Positions 8,603 to 18,438 of a stretch of DNA of 64,000 nt are shown here, one piece after another. Each line of letters starts with the position of its first letter. Positions within the stretch are counted from its first letter, which is position 1. The notes beneath the pieces were generated by a model. The model saw nothing but the letters and a program-made list of their open reading frames with translations, was not told the DNA's origin and ran no database searches. Made by a program: the position numbers and the translations under genes. The stretch is from a virus (lineage: Duplodnaviria; Heunggongvirae; Uroviricota; Caudoviricetes). Location: the IMG/VR virus record IMGVR_UViG_3300031920_000341, positions 1-64,000 of that record. The stretch is one strand, 5' to 3'.

Positions 8603-9654
8603 ACTATTGTTGGTTTAACCGTTATTGCTGCAATATGGTATGCACGAAAATTTTGCATTATATCTTCTGTAGTATTTGCTAAGATATATTTTTCATATTC
8701 ATCTCGTGTACCAATACTTTCTTCAAAACCCCTTAGCATTTTACCAAGTACTTTGCCACGAAGATATCTAATATCGTCTATTACCATTTTACCATTGAAC
8801 TTTGCATGTATTTTAGAAAGTTCTTCTGAACGTAAATCCAAATCATGAATTTGTTTTATAAATTCAATCTCAGGAAAATTATCGTGTATTAAATCTAAAT
8901 ATTTACTTTTGTCTTTTTCAAATATGAAATTAGGTTCACGTTTAGCTATTGTACCTGTTTGTATAGTATTGATATATTCAAGAAATTCATTGTATGTTTT
9001 ACGTTTACGATTTCGTTTACGATCAACAGCATTTAAATTTTCGAATTTAAAAATATCTGAATTAAAAAATTTACTATTTATTACATAGTCAAATATTTCT
9101 TTCTTTTCATAAAATCCATTACTAAAAATTTCATAATCCAAACCAAGGAATTTAAATATCTTTTTACTATCTTTTGATATAATAATATCTTTAACTATCT
9201 TACCTGAATTTCCACGATATGGATATACTAAACCAACATGTCCATACTTAAGACCAAACTTATGTGCGATTTTTCCCATAAGATTTCCAGATGGATCAAA
9301 ATCAAAAAAGTCAATTGATGTATACCAATCATCTTTAGATACAAAATTTAAATCAACTTGAAAGTTATTATAGTCAACAGAAGTTACTGAACCATTTTTA
9401 TAAAAACCTTTAGAATTCCATTCTGGTACAAGTTTTAATGTTTCTGTTATATTAGGCATACCTTCATACTTAGATACAAGTATATCAATATCACCAAAGT
9501 CAGCTTTATTATAATGACCTTGTATAACATGAAATTTAGATTTTGGATACATCTTTGGTAAAATACTTAGTAAATCTAATTCAGTTCTATCATAATTAGT
9601 TTTAGTAATACGAACAGACATAATTCCAATTTTCCTTAATGCTTTTCCTCCCAT
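8599..9654 (-). CDS. Pol-beta-superfamily nucleotidyltransferase-like phage protein
   Basis: MGGKAL start, K.DFGDIDIL, FQVD, LKYG..GL. Confidence 0.65.
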   Translation of the reverse strand: MGGKALRKIGIMSVRITKTNYDRTELDLLSILPKMYPKSKFHVIQGHYNKADFGDIDILVSKYEGMPNITETLKLVPEWNSKGFYKNGSVTSVDYNNFQVDLNFVSKDDWYTSIDFFDFDPSGNLMGKIAHKFGLKYGHVGLVYPYRGNSGKIVKDIIISKDSKKIFKFLGLDYEIFSNGFYEKKEIFDYVINSKFFNSDIFKFENLNAVDRKRNRKRKTYNEFLEYINTIQTGTIAKREPNFIFEKDKSKYLDLIHDNFPEIEFIKQIHDLDLRSEELSKIHAKFNGKMVIDDIRYLRGKVLGKMLRGFEESIGTRDEYEKYILANTTEDIMQNFRAYHIAAITVKPTIV

Positions 9655-9884
9655 GAGTCAATTTGTGTTTTAATGTTATTTAAAATTTCTAATGTATTTT
9701 CATCTAGATCTTTTGGAAAGATACAACCCACATCAATTTCTATATTATTAGTGGGAACAACTATCACACGAACAGTATAGCCTTCAATATTTGAAAAATT
9801 TTCAGACATATACTTATTGAGCAGGTTTGCCTTTTCTTTACCCGCACGAGGTAACTTAAATACGATTATAATTAATTGTTTCAT
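9636..9884 (-). CDS. hypothetical protein, probably leaderless
   Basis: ATG lies 2 nt after the -7 box of the early promoter. Confidence 0.6.
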   Translation of the reverse strand: MKQLIIIVFKLPRAGKEKANLLNKYMSENFSNIEGYTVRVIVVPTNNIEIDVGCIFPKDLDENTLEILNNIKTQIDSWEEKH

Positions 9885-9886
9885 TG

Positions 9887-9920
9887 CAAATATATGTCTT
9901 TATTTTGAAACTGAAAAGTA
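9887..9920 (-). promoter_or_regulatory. early-type promoter (TACTTTTCAGTTTC-N12-TATATTTG)
   Basis: Fourth copy of the motif. Confidence 0.75.
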
Positions 9921-9924
9921 TTAT

Positions 9925-11175
9925 TTAATATTCGCCATCCATTATGTTTATAAAATTAGGTCTAATTAATTGTTGAATTTCATTACCAAGAAGTTTTCTT
10001 ACAGTTTTTTGACCACCACTATCAAGATTCATATACATATCCTTGCTATCCTTCATAAAATCTTTAATAATATCTTCCATCATTCCACCTAACAATTTAC
10101 CAAACATCTTATCATTTATTTCATCATACTTTGATATAACATTACGAAGTCTATTGCTGTTTACATATAAACAAATTTCATTAACTACTTTTTGTACTTC
10201 TTCTGTTATTACAATTTCTTCTTTAATCTTTGGTTGTCTATTTGTTTTTCTTTCACTATTTTTCTCGGCAAATTTTTCATTCTTATTTTTAAGAATTACT
10301 CTTGAACCATTACCTAAAAAGATTGGGATATTAGCTGCAATTACATTACCTTCACATATATTGTCTTCTATTGGTGGAAGACCAAGTCTATGTGGAATTG
10401 TTGATTGATACAAATTTGGATATCCAAGACATTCATCAAGTGTACCTATAAATAACGGTTCTGATGAAAATATATCAAACTTTTCAAATAGTGGATATAT
10501 TACAGATTTGGGTAGAATTACTTTATCAACTACAATATCAAAAGCATAGAACATTATATCTGGGCTATAAAATACACCTTTTTGTACAGACTTAGTCTGA
10601 GTAGTCTTGGGTACATCTGGATGTGGATAACTACCACCAAATAATTCACCATATATTCTCATGTGGTGAGTATTAGGAAATAGTACATTTTTGATGTGAT
10701 TAAACATTTTATTAAGTTGATCAGCCATCGCATCTCTTATAATTTGATAATCATGAAATTTACTTTGTTCATCAAGTACACCGATTTCATTTTCATCATT
10801 TTTTGTTCTTCTGGTACATTCCAGCATTGTATCAGTTACTATAAATGAAAAATTAGCACCATGTACTTTCTCTTCAACAACAAATTCATTGTTTTGATAT
10901 CCCTTTTCATAAATATGTTTAACTGTTTTGGTATTGCTTATATTTTCAATATCGCCATATCTTTTAAATGTTGGATTTTTAATATCATTTAAAAATAGAT
11001 TAAGTTCTTTATATGTACTATCAATATATGATTGTACTACTGAATCATTAGAATTAAATGAATCATTAATTATGCCATTTAAATTTTCATATATTGTTTT
11101 TATTTTGTGATTACGTGATATCAACAATATAGAAAAATTATCGTCAACAAACCTTTTTACTTCTATTGCGGTCAT
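9925..11175 (-). CDS. RNA ligase 2 (Rnl2 family) with ~65-aa N-terminal extension
   Basis: FKRY..IEN, EKVHGANFS (motif I), YGELFGG.YPH, FYAFDI, CEGNV, LKNKN.KFAE, NRL.NVISK. Confidence 0.92.
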   Translation of the reverse strand: MTAIEVKRFVDDNFSILLISRNHKIKTIYENLNGIINDSFNSNDSVVQSYIDSTYKELNLFLNDIKNPTFKRYGDIENISNTKTVKHIYEKGYQNNEFVVEEKVHGANFSFIVTDTMLECTRRTKNDENEIGVLDEQSKFHDYQIIRDAMADQLNKMFNHIKNVLFPNTHHMRIYGELFGGSYPHPDVPKTTQTKSVQKGVFYSPDIMFYAFDIVVDKVILPKSVIYPLFEKFDIFSSEPLFIGTLDECLGYPNLYQSTIPHRLGLPPIEDNICEGNVIAANIPIFLGNGSRVILKNKNEKFAEKNSERKTNRQPKIKEEIVITEEVQKVVNEICLYVNSNRLRNVISKYDEINDKMFGKLLGGMMEDIIKDFMKDSKDMYMNLDSGGQKTVRKLLGNEIQQLIRPNFINIMDGEY

Positions 11176-11797
11176 TTATTTTGTATGTTTTTATAGATGC
11201 GAATATTTTTGTAAATATACATAAATCAAATATTATATAAATTGTTTCATTTTTTATTTTAATATTAATTTTATCTAATTTATATAACTTATTATATATG
11301 TTTTGATTAAATACATATAGGTTTTTTATTTTACTATTAATATAAAAATCATGGCCAAATAATGATTCATATTCATAGATTTTACTAAAATCTGTATGTT
11401 CAATATTTATATCATCGGTAATCTCTACACCAAAGTGTTTATGTATGTCGTTTTCTATTCTGAAATATTCCATATAATTTAAAAATATTCCAGAATCTTT
11501 TTTTAATATATCAATAATATTATAATCAGTAATTACATTAGTATCAAGTTTTATAAAAAATAAAAAGTAAATTTGTTCAATCATTTTATCAAATATCGAT
11601 GAAACAATATATTTTTGAACATCAAAATCAATTATATCTAGCCGATTTTTATCAATTTTTATACTTAACATATTATTTAAACATATTGGACTTCCAAGTT
11701 TTGCTAAAACTTCTTTATTTTCCATTGATTTATCCAACATAAATGGATCGGTATAATTAATTAACTTTTCCTTTAGGGTATCTATTATGCGTTGCAT
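11144..11797 (-). CDS. hypothetical protein
   Basis: 217-aa ORF; AAAACT-N16-TATAA at 11818-11844. Confidence 0.6.
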   Translation of the reverse strand: MQRIIDTLKEKLINYTDPFMLDKSMENKEVLAKLGSPICLNNMLSIKIDKNRLDIIDFDVQKYIVSSIFDKMIEQIYFLFFIKLDTNVITDYNIIDILKKDSGIFLNYMEYFRIENDIHKHFGVEITDDINIEHTDFSKIYEYESLFGHDFYINSKIKNLYVFNQNIYNKLYKLDKINIKIKNETIYIIFDLCIFTKIFASIKTYKINDRNRSKKVC

Positions 11798-11847
11798 TAA
11801 TTAAGATTGTTTAAAAATTATATAAGAAATGAGATAATAGTTTTAAT

Positions 11848-11880
11848 AAAAACGGCGCTAATTAGAAAAGAGCGCCGTTT
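11848..11880 (-). terminator. intrinsic terminator
   Basis: AAACGGCGCT/AGCGCCGTTT stem followed by U-run on - strand, just past the 11886 stop. Confidence 0.75.
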
Positions 11881-11885
11881 ATATG

Positions 11886-12656
11886 TTAATATTTAATACC
11901 ACATGCTGCACAGTACTTGTCATTTTTCTTTTGCTTTCTTCCACATCCAATACAGAATTTAATTATATCTTTCTTTGAATATAATTTCTTTGTTGATTCA
12001 GGTAATATTTTATATTTAAATAAGTGAGTATAATTAGAATTATAATCGCTATTATCATTTTTAAATTTCATATCACTGTCATCACCGTCTGCAATCATTC
12101 CAGTTTCAATAGTTGGTGTGCCTAATGAGTTTACGGACATACCAGTTTTAGTTATATCATCTCCTGGTAAATAAGTTGAATTAGAATTAGTATAACTAAC
12201 TTCTACATTACCATATAATGGACCATCATATACTGGACCACCATATACATAATCAGGTATTTGATGAAAAAAATTATTAAAATTATTAAAATAAATCTCT
12301 GGAATATGTTCTCTTTGTAGATATACTCTAATTATAATATCACCATTATTTTCGATAGCTTCTTGTGTTTCTTTTGTATTCTCAACATCATATGTTTCAA
12401 ATAAAAATTTCTTTTTAGTAAGCATATCACAATCTAACCATACTCTTTCACCAGGTCTGAGTACAATCATTGGACGATCAAAATTAACTTGGTTAATCTG
12501 TACGTCAATTGCAATTTTTGTTTTTAGGGGATTGTAAATTTCAATTTCAAATTCAGTACCATTTTTCATAAATACTGTTTCTACTCTGTTAACTATTTCT
12601 GTGGTTAATACATTTTTGTTTACGGCAATGCGAGCCGAAGGATTCGAATTATTCAT
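11886..12656 (-). CDS. conserved phage protein, beta-rich N-domain plus C-terminal zinc ribbon
   Basis: V.MKNGTEFEIEIYNP...LRPGERVWL...FLFETY...NG.I; C-terminal CIGCG...YCAACG. Confidence 0.75.
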   Translation of the reverse strand: MNNSNPSARIAVNKNVLTTEIVNRVETVFMKNGTEFEIEIYNPLKTKIAIDVQINQVNFDRPMIVLRPGERVWLDCDMLTKKKFLFETYDVENTKETQEAIENNGDIIIRVYLQREHIPEIYFNNFNNFFHQIPDYVYGGPVYDGPLYGNVEVSYTNSNSTYLPGDDITKTGMSVNSLGTPTIETGMIADGDDSDMKFKNDNSDYNSNYTHLFKYKILPESTKKLYSKKDIIKFCIGCGRKQKKNDKYCAACGIKY

Positions 12657-12658
12657 TT

Positions 12659-12743
12659 GTCTACGATTTTTTTACGCTTACTAATTCCCTTGTTGCGGTT
12701 AAACAACTCCGAAGCATTATACTCGGAACCAATAAGATTAGAC
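12659..12743 (-). ncRNA. putative structured leader RNA (three-way junction with possible pseudoknot)
   Basis: GC-enriched leader with stems CUAAU/AUUAG, UCCGA/UCGGA, GUUG/CAAC; UGGUU can pair with loop AACCG. Confidence 0.5.
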
Positions 12744-12755
12744 TATAATTATATA

Positions 12756-14531
12756 TTACTGTTCTTGTGTACCGGTTTCTTGTGCTCCAACTCCAGGTAA
12801 ATCACCCGCCTGTGCTTGAGCTTGTACTCCACCAGCTTCTTGTGTACCAGTTTCATTATTCTGAGTTTCATCTTGTGTACTAAAATCTTCACCACCACTA
12901 TCACCACCTTGTGCAGTTGCGTCACTAGTTTCCGCATTTGATGCAGATGCTTCACCCTTTTCTGGTTCTTTATCATCTAAATCCCATTCTTGTTGGTTGG
13001 CACGAATATCTTCTTCTGTCATTTTCATATATTTTTTCAATAAGAAGTTAACATGTAATACAGATTCTGGATCATTTTTAATTTCTTGCAGTGCTGTAAT
13101 TGTATTAGTACGTTTAGTTGCAAGTTCAGAATCTTTCATTTCTTCAAATACATTCTCTTGTACATATGACATACCAATAGCATTCTTAAACCTATTATCA
13201 GTTTTTAAATCTGGATAATCAATACATAATTGTAAATACCAAGGCCTAAGCATTAATTCTTGAAATGCTGTACGTAAACGTTTAATAAATTTGCCATATG
13301 CAATTTCTTCACGGCTTACTGTATCAGGTCCCAATAGATATGAACCACCGCCTTCATTATAATCCCAACGTGAGAATGGTAATTTTGAATCCAATTTTAA
13401 CTTCTTTAGGAAGTATGCAAGTAATTGTGAATCTTGTAAATCTGGACCATGATGTTCAATTGCCTCTATATCGATTGATTCACCTGCTGCATTTTTTGGA
13501 GTTATATAATTCTTGTAATATAATATCTTTGGTTTACCATCAACTAATAATTCACCTGTATCCTGATTAAAGTAAATATCTTCTTTAAACATATTAAGAT
13601 ATTCTTTAACATCTTCTTTGGCTTTTTGTAATGACTTAGTACCAATAGGCACTGAAGTTTTCATACGGATTGGTGCATTCATTAAATGCCAAATAACTTT
13701 AGATTGCTCCATAATTCTTAATAAATTAAATGAGCGAATCATTCTTTCTGTAAATGATACACGTTTTGTCCTAAATGTATTAGAATATGATATGTATATT
13801 ATTTGTGCATCAGTTAGTGTTCTATGAACATTATTAATATCATCACGTTGTAACCATTCAAGATATAGTGTACCTTTATGATCTTTCTTAACCAATGGAT
13901 ATAATGTAGCAGGATCAAGATCTTTAAAACCAATTATATTTTTTGGTGAAGTAACACTATCGTAGATCATTTCAAATGCAAGGTGACCTTCAATAAGCCA
14001 TTGATAAAAATATTGCCAAGCGGCATTTCCATTATTAAATCCCCATGCAGTATAAATATCATCAAACCTTTCATAATATGAATCAACTACTTCATCACTG
14101 TAAGTATTATCTTCTTCAACTTTTCCATTACGTTTATTTAATTTTTCTGCGGAAAAATTTGTAGGAAAACAAAATCTATTTCTATCGTCATAAATTATTG
14201 TATCATCTGTTATTGTATCTAATACAAATTCAATTTCAGCATTGGAAGCAATATCACGTAATTTTTCCTTTTTAGTAATATAATCTAATTGAAAAAACGC
14301 TAATGTTTTTGTTCTGAGTTGTGATGTAGTATCAGAAATAGCCATTGAGTACTTAAGTAAATCATCAGCAACAGCTCCTATGCCACCTCTTTTTCTTAAT
14401 TCACCTTCTATGTATCCAATTGCTTGAGAGTTCTGTACTAATTTACTATCAAAATCACGGCCTAGTTTACTTAATTTAATAAAATTATTTCTTAATCTAC
14501 CGAAACCTACTGCATCTAAAAATCCTGCCAT
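12756..14531 (-). CDS. portal protein (T4 gp20-like)
   Basis: R.IA...EIE...D.I, W.I.G, SF.ER....FN.LR.ME...VI.....AP.R, LK.P.SR, REE..Y.KFI.RLR..F; acidic tail. Confidence 0.9.
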   Translation of the reverse strand: MAGFLDAVGFGRLRNNFIKLSKLGRDFDSKLVQNSQAIGYIEGELRKRGGIGAVADDLLKYSMAISDTTSQLRTKTLAFFQLDYITKKEKLRDIASNAEIEFVLDTITDDTIIYDDRNRFCFPTNFSAEKLNKRNGKVEEDNTYSDEVVDSYYERFDDIYTAWGFNNGNAAWQYFYQWLIEGHLAFEMIYDSVTSPKNIIGFKDLDPATLYPLVKKDHKGTLYLEWLQRDDINNVHRTLTDAQIIYISYSNTFRTKRVSFTERMIRSFNLLRIMEQSKVIWHLMNAPIRMKTSVPIGTKSLQKAKEDVKEYLNMFKEDIYFNQDTGELLVDGKPKILYYKNYITPKNAAGESIDIEAIEHHGPDLQDSQLLAYFLKKLKLDSKLPFSRWDYNEGGGSYLLGPDTVSREEIAYGKFIKRLRTAFQELMLRPWYLQLCIDYPDLKTDNRFKNAIGMSYVQENVFEEMKDSELATKRTNTITALQEIKNDPESVLHVNFLLKKYMKMTEEDIRANQQEWDLDDKEPEKGEASASNAETSDATAQGGDSGGEDFSTQDETQNNETGTQEAGGVQAQAQAGDLPGVGAQETGTQEQ

Positions 14532-14549
14532 TATGATTATCTTTTTTTA

Positions 14550-15167
14550 TTATAATTGAGATATTAATAAAGTTTTAATATTAAATCTCTTTTTTGCATT
14601 AAAAATCATATATCTATCAATATATAGCGTAGTTGCTGGAACCATGCCTTCCCATTTCATGATACGAAGATTTCTTATTTTCTTCCTATCATAGTTATTT
14701 ATTATGATTTTATTTTTTACTTTGACTATCCTGAAATAGTTTGTGCTATCTATAAGTATTGGATCCCATTTCCTTACCGAAGAATTTCCAATATTATGTT
14801 CAATTTGTACTCTAAATATTTTACTTAAATTATAAAATAATTGTTTCCTAGAAATTATAGGAAGTCCCGCTATATCAATTCCAAATATTGTGTTATCATT
14901 GCTTTTAAATGCAAAAACCATTGGTTTAAAATTATAATATAACTTTGAACCTTTACCTGTCATTACATCTCTTGCTAACTCAGTATCTTGATAATCAAAT
15001 GTATAAATATGACCAGGTAAAATTGTATTATATCCATAATCGATAAATTCAATTATACCCTTATTGTGTAATTCTGTACTTTTTTGTTTAGCACCAGATA
15101 ATCCACTATTACTATCAATATATTCATCTACTAAATCAATGTATGTGTTCATTCTTTTCCCAATCAA
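14550..15167 (-). CDS. DNA end protector (T4 gp2-like)
   Basis: PG.IYTF.Y, YY..KP.VF, GI....LP...R; next to gp4-like gene. Confidence 0.6.
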   Translation of the reverse strand: MIGKRMNTYIDLVDEYIDSNSGLSGAKQKSTELHNKGIIEFIDYGYNTILPGHIYTFDYQDTELARDVMTGKGSKLYYNFKPMVFAFKSNDNTIFGIDIAGLPIISRKQLFYNLSKIFRVQIEHNIGNSSVRKWDPILIDSTNYFRIVKVKNKIIINNYDRKKIRNLRIMKWEGMVPATTLYIDRYMIFNAKKRFNIKTLLISQL

Positions 15168-15672
15168 TTATTTTAAATTGTTTATGTGCTTTGTTATATT
15201 CCATTACAATAAATTTAAACCCTAATCTACCTGCATATTGTCTTGCTGCTTTAAACTTAGCAATGTTCATTAAATATCTTTTAACACCTCCTGTATAATT
15301 CTTCATAGACTTATACGTTTGCTTTTTGGGTTTACCTGGTAGCTTAGTATGCTTATCTGGTTTGATTTCTACTAACCATCTAATCACTTTACCATTTGTT
15401 CCAAGCGTTTCTATATAAAAATCAACAAAGTAATCATGTGTACGCTTATCAAGCGGACTGATATATTTTATTGCTAATGGTTCAGAACCGTATTTCAATA
15501 CATTTTCATCTCTATCGCAATATTTTAAAAATTCTAATTCCCAACTTGATCTGTAAATAATTTGTGTAATATCACCAACATACTTTTCAGGATGCATTGT
15601 TTTATAATAACCCTGTTTTATATATTTCTTTCGTCTTGGTTTTAAAAACGATTGAATTGGTTGATTTGCCAA
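15136..15672 (-). CDS. head completion nuclease (T4 gp4-like, TnsA-type fold)
   Basis: QG.Y....PEKY.GD...IIYRSSWE..F..YCD, SEP, YFVDF, VEIKP, N.AKF.AA. Confidence 0.92.
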   Translation of the reverse strand: MANQPIQSFLKPRRKKYIKQGYYKTMHPEKYVGDITQIIYRSSWELEFLKYCDRDENVLKYGSEPLAIKYISPLDKRTHDYFVDFYIETLGTNGKVIRWLVEIKPDKHTKLPGKPKKQTYKSMKNYTGGVKRYLMNIAKFKAARQYAGRLGFKFIVMEYNKAHKQFKIIDWEKNEHIH

Positions 15673-15697
15673 AGTATTTCATTTTCTTTTTATTTAT

Positions 15698-16819
15698 CTA
15701 TAAATTAAATACGTCAAGACGATGATTACCAAAATGCTTATCTACAAAATTATTAAAATCTCTGATGTTTACATTAGAATTTGCTTTTATTAAATTATAT
15801 AAATTATTGACGTCTTTAACCTGTAATACTTTATCCATATTTTTATAATACAATTTCTTTAATATTTTCATTATATCGGACCACAAAAAAACATTCATGC
15901 CATTGTGTATTGCTTTAATTGCAGATTCTATACCTGATTCATCATTGTCAAATACAATATATGTATTTTTAGGGTCAACAAAATCAAATAACATACTAGT
16001 TTTTGTAATACCCTGTATGGCTAAATAATTATATAAAAAGCTACCATCGATTGGTCCTTCTGTTATTTTTATTGGCTTTCTAAAGTCAACATTAAATACA
16101 TTGAATATATTACTGAGTTGGTCAATTAATTCAATATCTGGGATTTGTGTATAGTCTAAGCTAATTTTTGACATAAGATCAGATAATTGAAATACCATAA
16201 ATTTCTTTCTTTCAATATCTCTTGTTGAAATACTTATGACTTTTTTCGTTTCATAATCATGATTTACCATGTAAACCTTATTATCGAATGAATCTTTAAA
16301 ATATCCATCTACATTCATTTCAGTATCAAATATGTTACGATTTGCCATATACTGAAAAACTTTTGAACCAGTAGACGCTTTTATTAATGGAATTAATCCA
16401 AGTCGTTTTGTAAAATAATCCAAGTCTGGTAGATGTTGCATAATACCAACATCAAATAAGTAATCACGAATTGCATTACTACCTTTATTTTCAATATTAA
16501 GTGAACCTGGATCATAATTGCTATCTGTTTCAACTTCAAGATCCATTATATTTATGTTATATTCTGATGCATATTTTGAAACGAAGTTACCAAAAGACAT
16601 GAAAGCACGACAACCACCATTAAAACACTTGTATGTATTTGTGTTTAAATAGATATTACCACGCTTACTTGATATTTTATTTTCTGAATCACCACAGATT
16701 GGACAAGCAATTCTATATCCTTTACTTGTAGCTTCAACCTTTTGCTTTTCAGAAATTCCAGGAAACCGTGCATCAAGCACGATCTCCAAAAATTCCTCTA
16801 TTGTATTTGCACTATGCAT
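15698..16819 (-). CDS. DNA primase (T4 gp61-like)
   Basis: CPICGDS...KRG.....YKCFNGGC zinc finger; TEGPID, FDND..G, KDVN TOPRIM motifs. Confidence 0.9.
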   Translation of the reverse strand: MHSANTIEEFLEIVLDARFPGISEKQKVEATSKGYRIACPICGDSENKISSKRGNIYLNTNTYKCFNGGCRAFMSFGNFVSKYASEYNINIMDLEVETDSNYDPGSLNIENKGSNAIRDYLFDVGIMQHLPDLDYFTKRLGLIPLIKASTGSKVFQYMANRNIFDTEMNVDGYFKDSFDNKVYMVNHDYETKKVISISTRDIERKKFMVFQLSDLMSKISLDYTQIPDIELIDQLSNIFNVFNVDFRKPIKITEGPIDGSFLYNYLAIQGITKTSMLFDFVDPKNTYIVFDNDESGIESAIKAIHNGMNVFLWSDIMKILKKLYYKNMDKVLQVKDVNNLYNLIKANSNVNIRDFNNFVDKHFGNHRLDVFNL

Positions 16820-16821
16820 TT

Positions 16822-18438
16822 TTATTTTTTATCTTCTACTTCATCAATAATTATACAGTCAAGTGTTAAAAATATTTTTGCAACTGATACTGCACTTTCA
16901 ATTGCAAGCCTAGTTACTTTGGCAGGATCAAGAATATGCATTTTATACATATCACCAAATTTCCTGTTTTTAGCATCATAACCAAAGTTAACATCTACTG
17001 ATTTACTCATTTCAAGTCGAACAAGTTCTTTGTTCTCTCCAGTATTGGCCACTATATGCTCCATAGGACTCATTAGAGCGTCCATAACTATAGTCATACC
17101 CGTTTTTATATCATCAGTATCTTTATCACGATATAGGTTGTCTATGTGCTTTTTAAGTAGATATGAACAATGATAATATATTGTACCGCCACCAGGAACC
17201 ACACCTTCTTTAAGTGCTGATTTTGCAGCATGTAATGCATCATCAATTCTATCACCCTGTTCGTAAATTTCCATTTCTGAATTTCCACCAACTTTAATTG
17301 TAACAGCCGCGCCGTTTAATTTTGATATACGTTTTTTAAGTGATGCTTTTGGTTGTGCGTTTTTTTCTTCCTTCATATTACTGTTAAGTTGTGCAATACG
17401 TTCTTTAACACGTAATTTATTCTTTTTTTCTTTTATAAGAACTGTTTCTTTTTCAGAAATTACAATTCTATCAACTGAACCAAGTATTGATAAATCTTTT
17501 ATTTCAGCAAGTGATATTCCTGTTTCTGCTCCAACAACTGTACCATCAATAAATGCAGAAATATCTTCAAGTGCTTCAAGTTTGCTTTTAGCAAATCCAG
17601 GTGATTGTATAAGTGCAATTTCTAATCCATTCTGTAATCTATTTAAAATTATTGTTTGTGCCAACCTGGTTTCAAAATCTTCTGCAATTATAATAATGGG
17701 ACGTTTCTCCATTTTAACTGTTTCCAAAATTGGTAACAATTCACTAAGTCTGTCCATCTTATCAGCATACAATAATACAATTGCATTTGTAAATTCAGCT
17801 TTACCTGTTGACATATTTGTAATAAAATATGGTGAAAAATATCCTTTTTCAAACATCATACCTTCTTTTATTTCCAATTTTGTTTCAGGTTCTACGCCCT
17901 TTTCAACATCAACAATACCATCAGCGCCAACACGTTTAATTGCTTCTGCTATTAATTTACCAACTGGTTCATCATGATTTGCAGATATGATAGCAATATC
18001 TTCAAGTAATGGACTATCTTCATCAATTTGAATTGCGTTTTCTTCTACCATATCAGTAACAAACTTTAATGCTTGATCCATACCATCTTTAAGATGTATT
18101 GGATTGGCTTCAAGATTTAATTGTTTCCTGATTTTTTGAATTAAAGCAGTTGCTAGAACAGTTGCTGTTGTAGTTCCATCGCCCGCATCAAATGCCATTT
18201 TTGCTGTTACGTTTTTGATAATATTTGCCCCAATATTTTCACCTGGGTCTTTTAAAGTAAGTGCATTCGCAACAGTTACACCATCTTTTGTTACATGTGT
18301 TAATCCTCTGTGTATCGCAACATGGCGTCCACCAGGCCCAAGAGTGCTAGATACAGCAGTATATAATTTTTCAATTCCATTATATACTACATTTTTTGCT
18401 TCTTCTCCTGTTAAAAAAGTTTTACTATTATTACTCAT
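16822..18438 (-). CDS. groEL: chaperonin GroEL (phage-encoded, no GGM tail)
   Basis: STLGPGGR, VTKDGVTVA, AGDGTTTATVLA, GVVPGGG, ILDPAKVTR. Confidence 0.96.
   Translation of the reverse strand: MSNNSKTFLTGEEAKNVVYNGIEKLYTAVSSTLGPGGRHVAIHRGLTHVTKDGVTVANALTLKDPGENIGANIIKNVTAKMAFDAGDGTTTATVLATALIQKIRKQLNLEANPIHLKDGMDQALKFVTDMVEENAIQIDEDSPLLEDIAIISANHDEPVGKLIAEAIKRVGADGIVDVEKGVEPETKLEIKEGMMFEKGYFSPYFITNMSTGKAEFTNAIVLLYADKMDRLSELLPILETVKMEKRPIIIIAEDFETRLAQTIILNRLQNGLEIALIQSPGFAKSKLEALEDISAFIDGTVVGAETGISLAEIKDLSILGSVDRIVISEKETVLIKEKKNKLRVKERIAQLNSNMKEEKNAQPKASLKKRISKLNGAAVTIKVGGNSEMEIYEQGDRIDDALHAAKSALKEGVVPGGGTIYYHCSYLLKKHIDNLYRDKDTDDIKTGMTIVMDALMSPMEHIVANTGENKELVRLEMSKSVDVNFGYDAKNRKFGDMYKMHILDPAKVTRLAIESAVSVAKIFLTLDCIIIDEVEDKK

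Noticed and set aside
15136-15672. TnsA transposase / Tn7 element
   Set aside because: The fold is shared with T4 gp4; context (gp2-like, portal) and absence of TnsB/C indicate head completion protein
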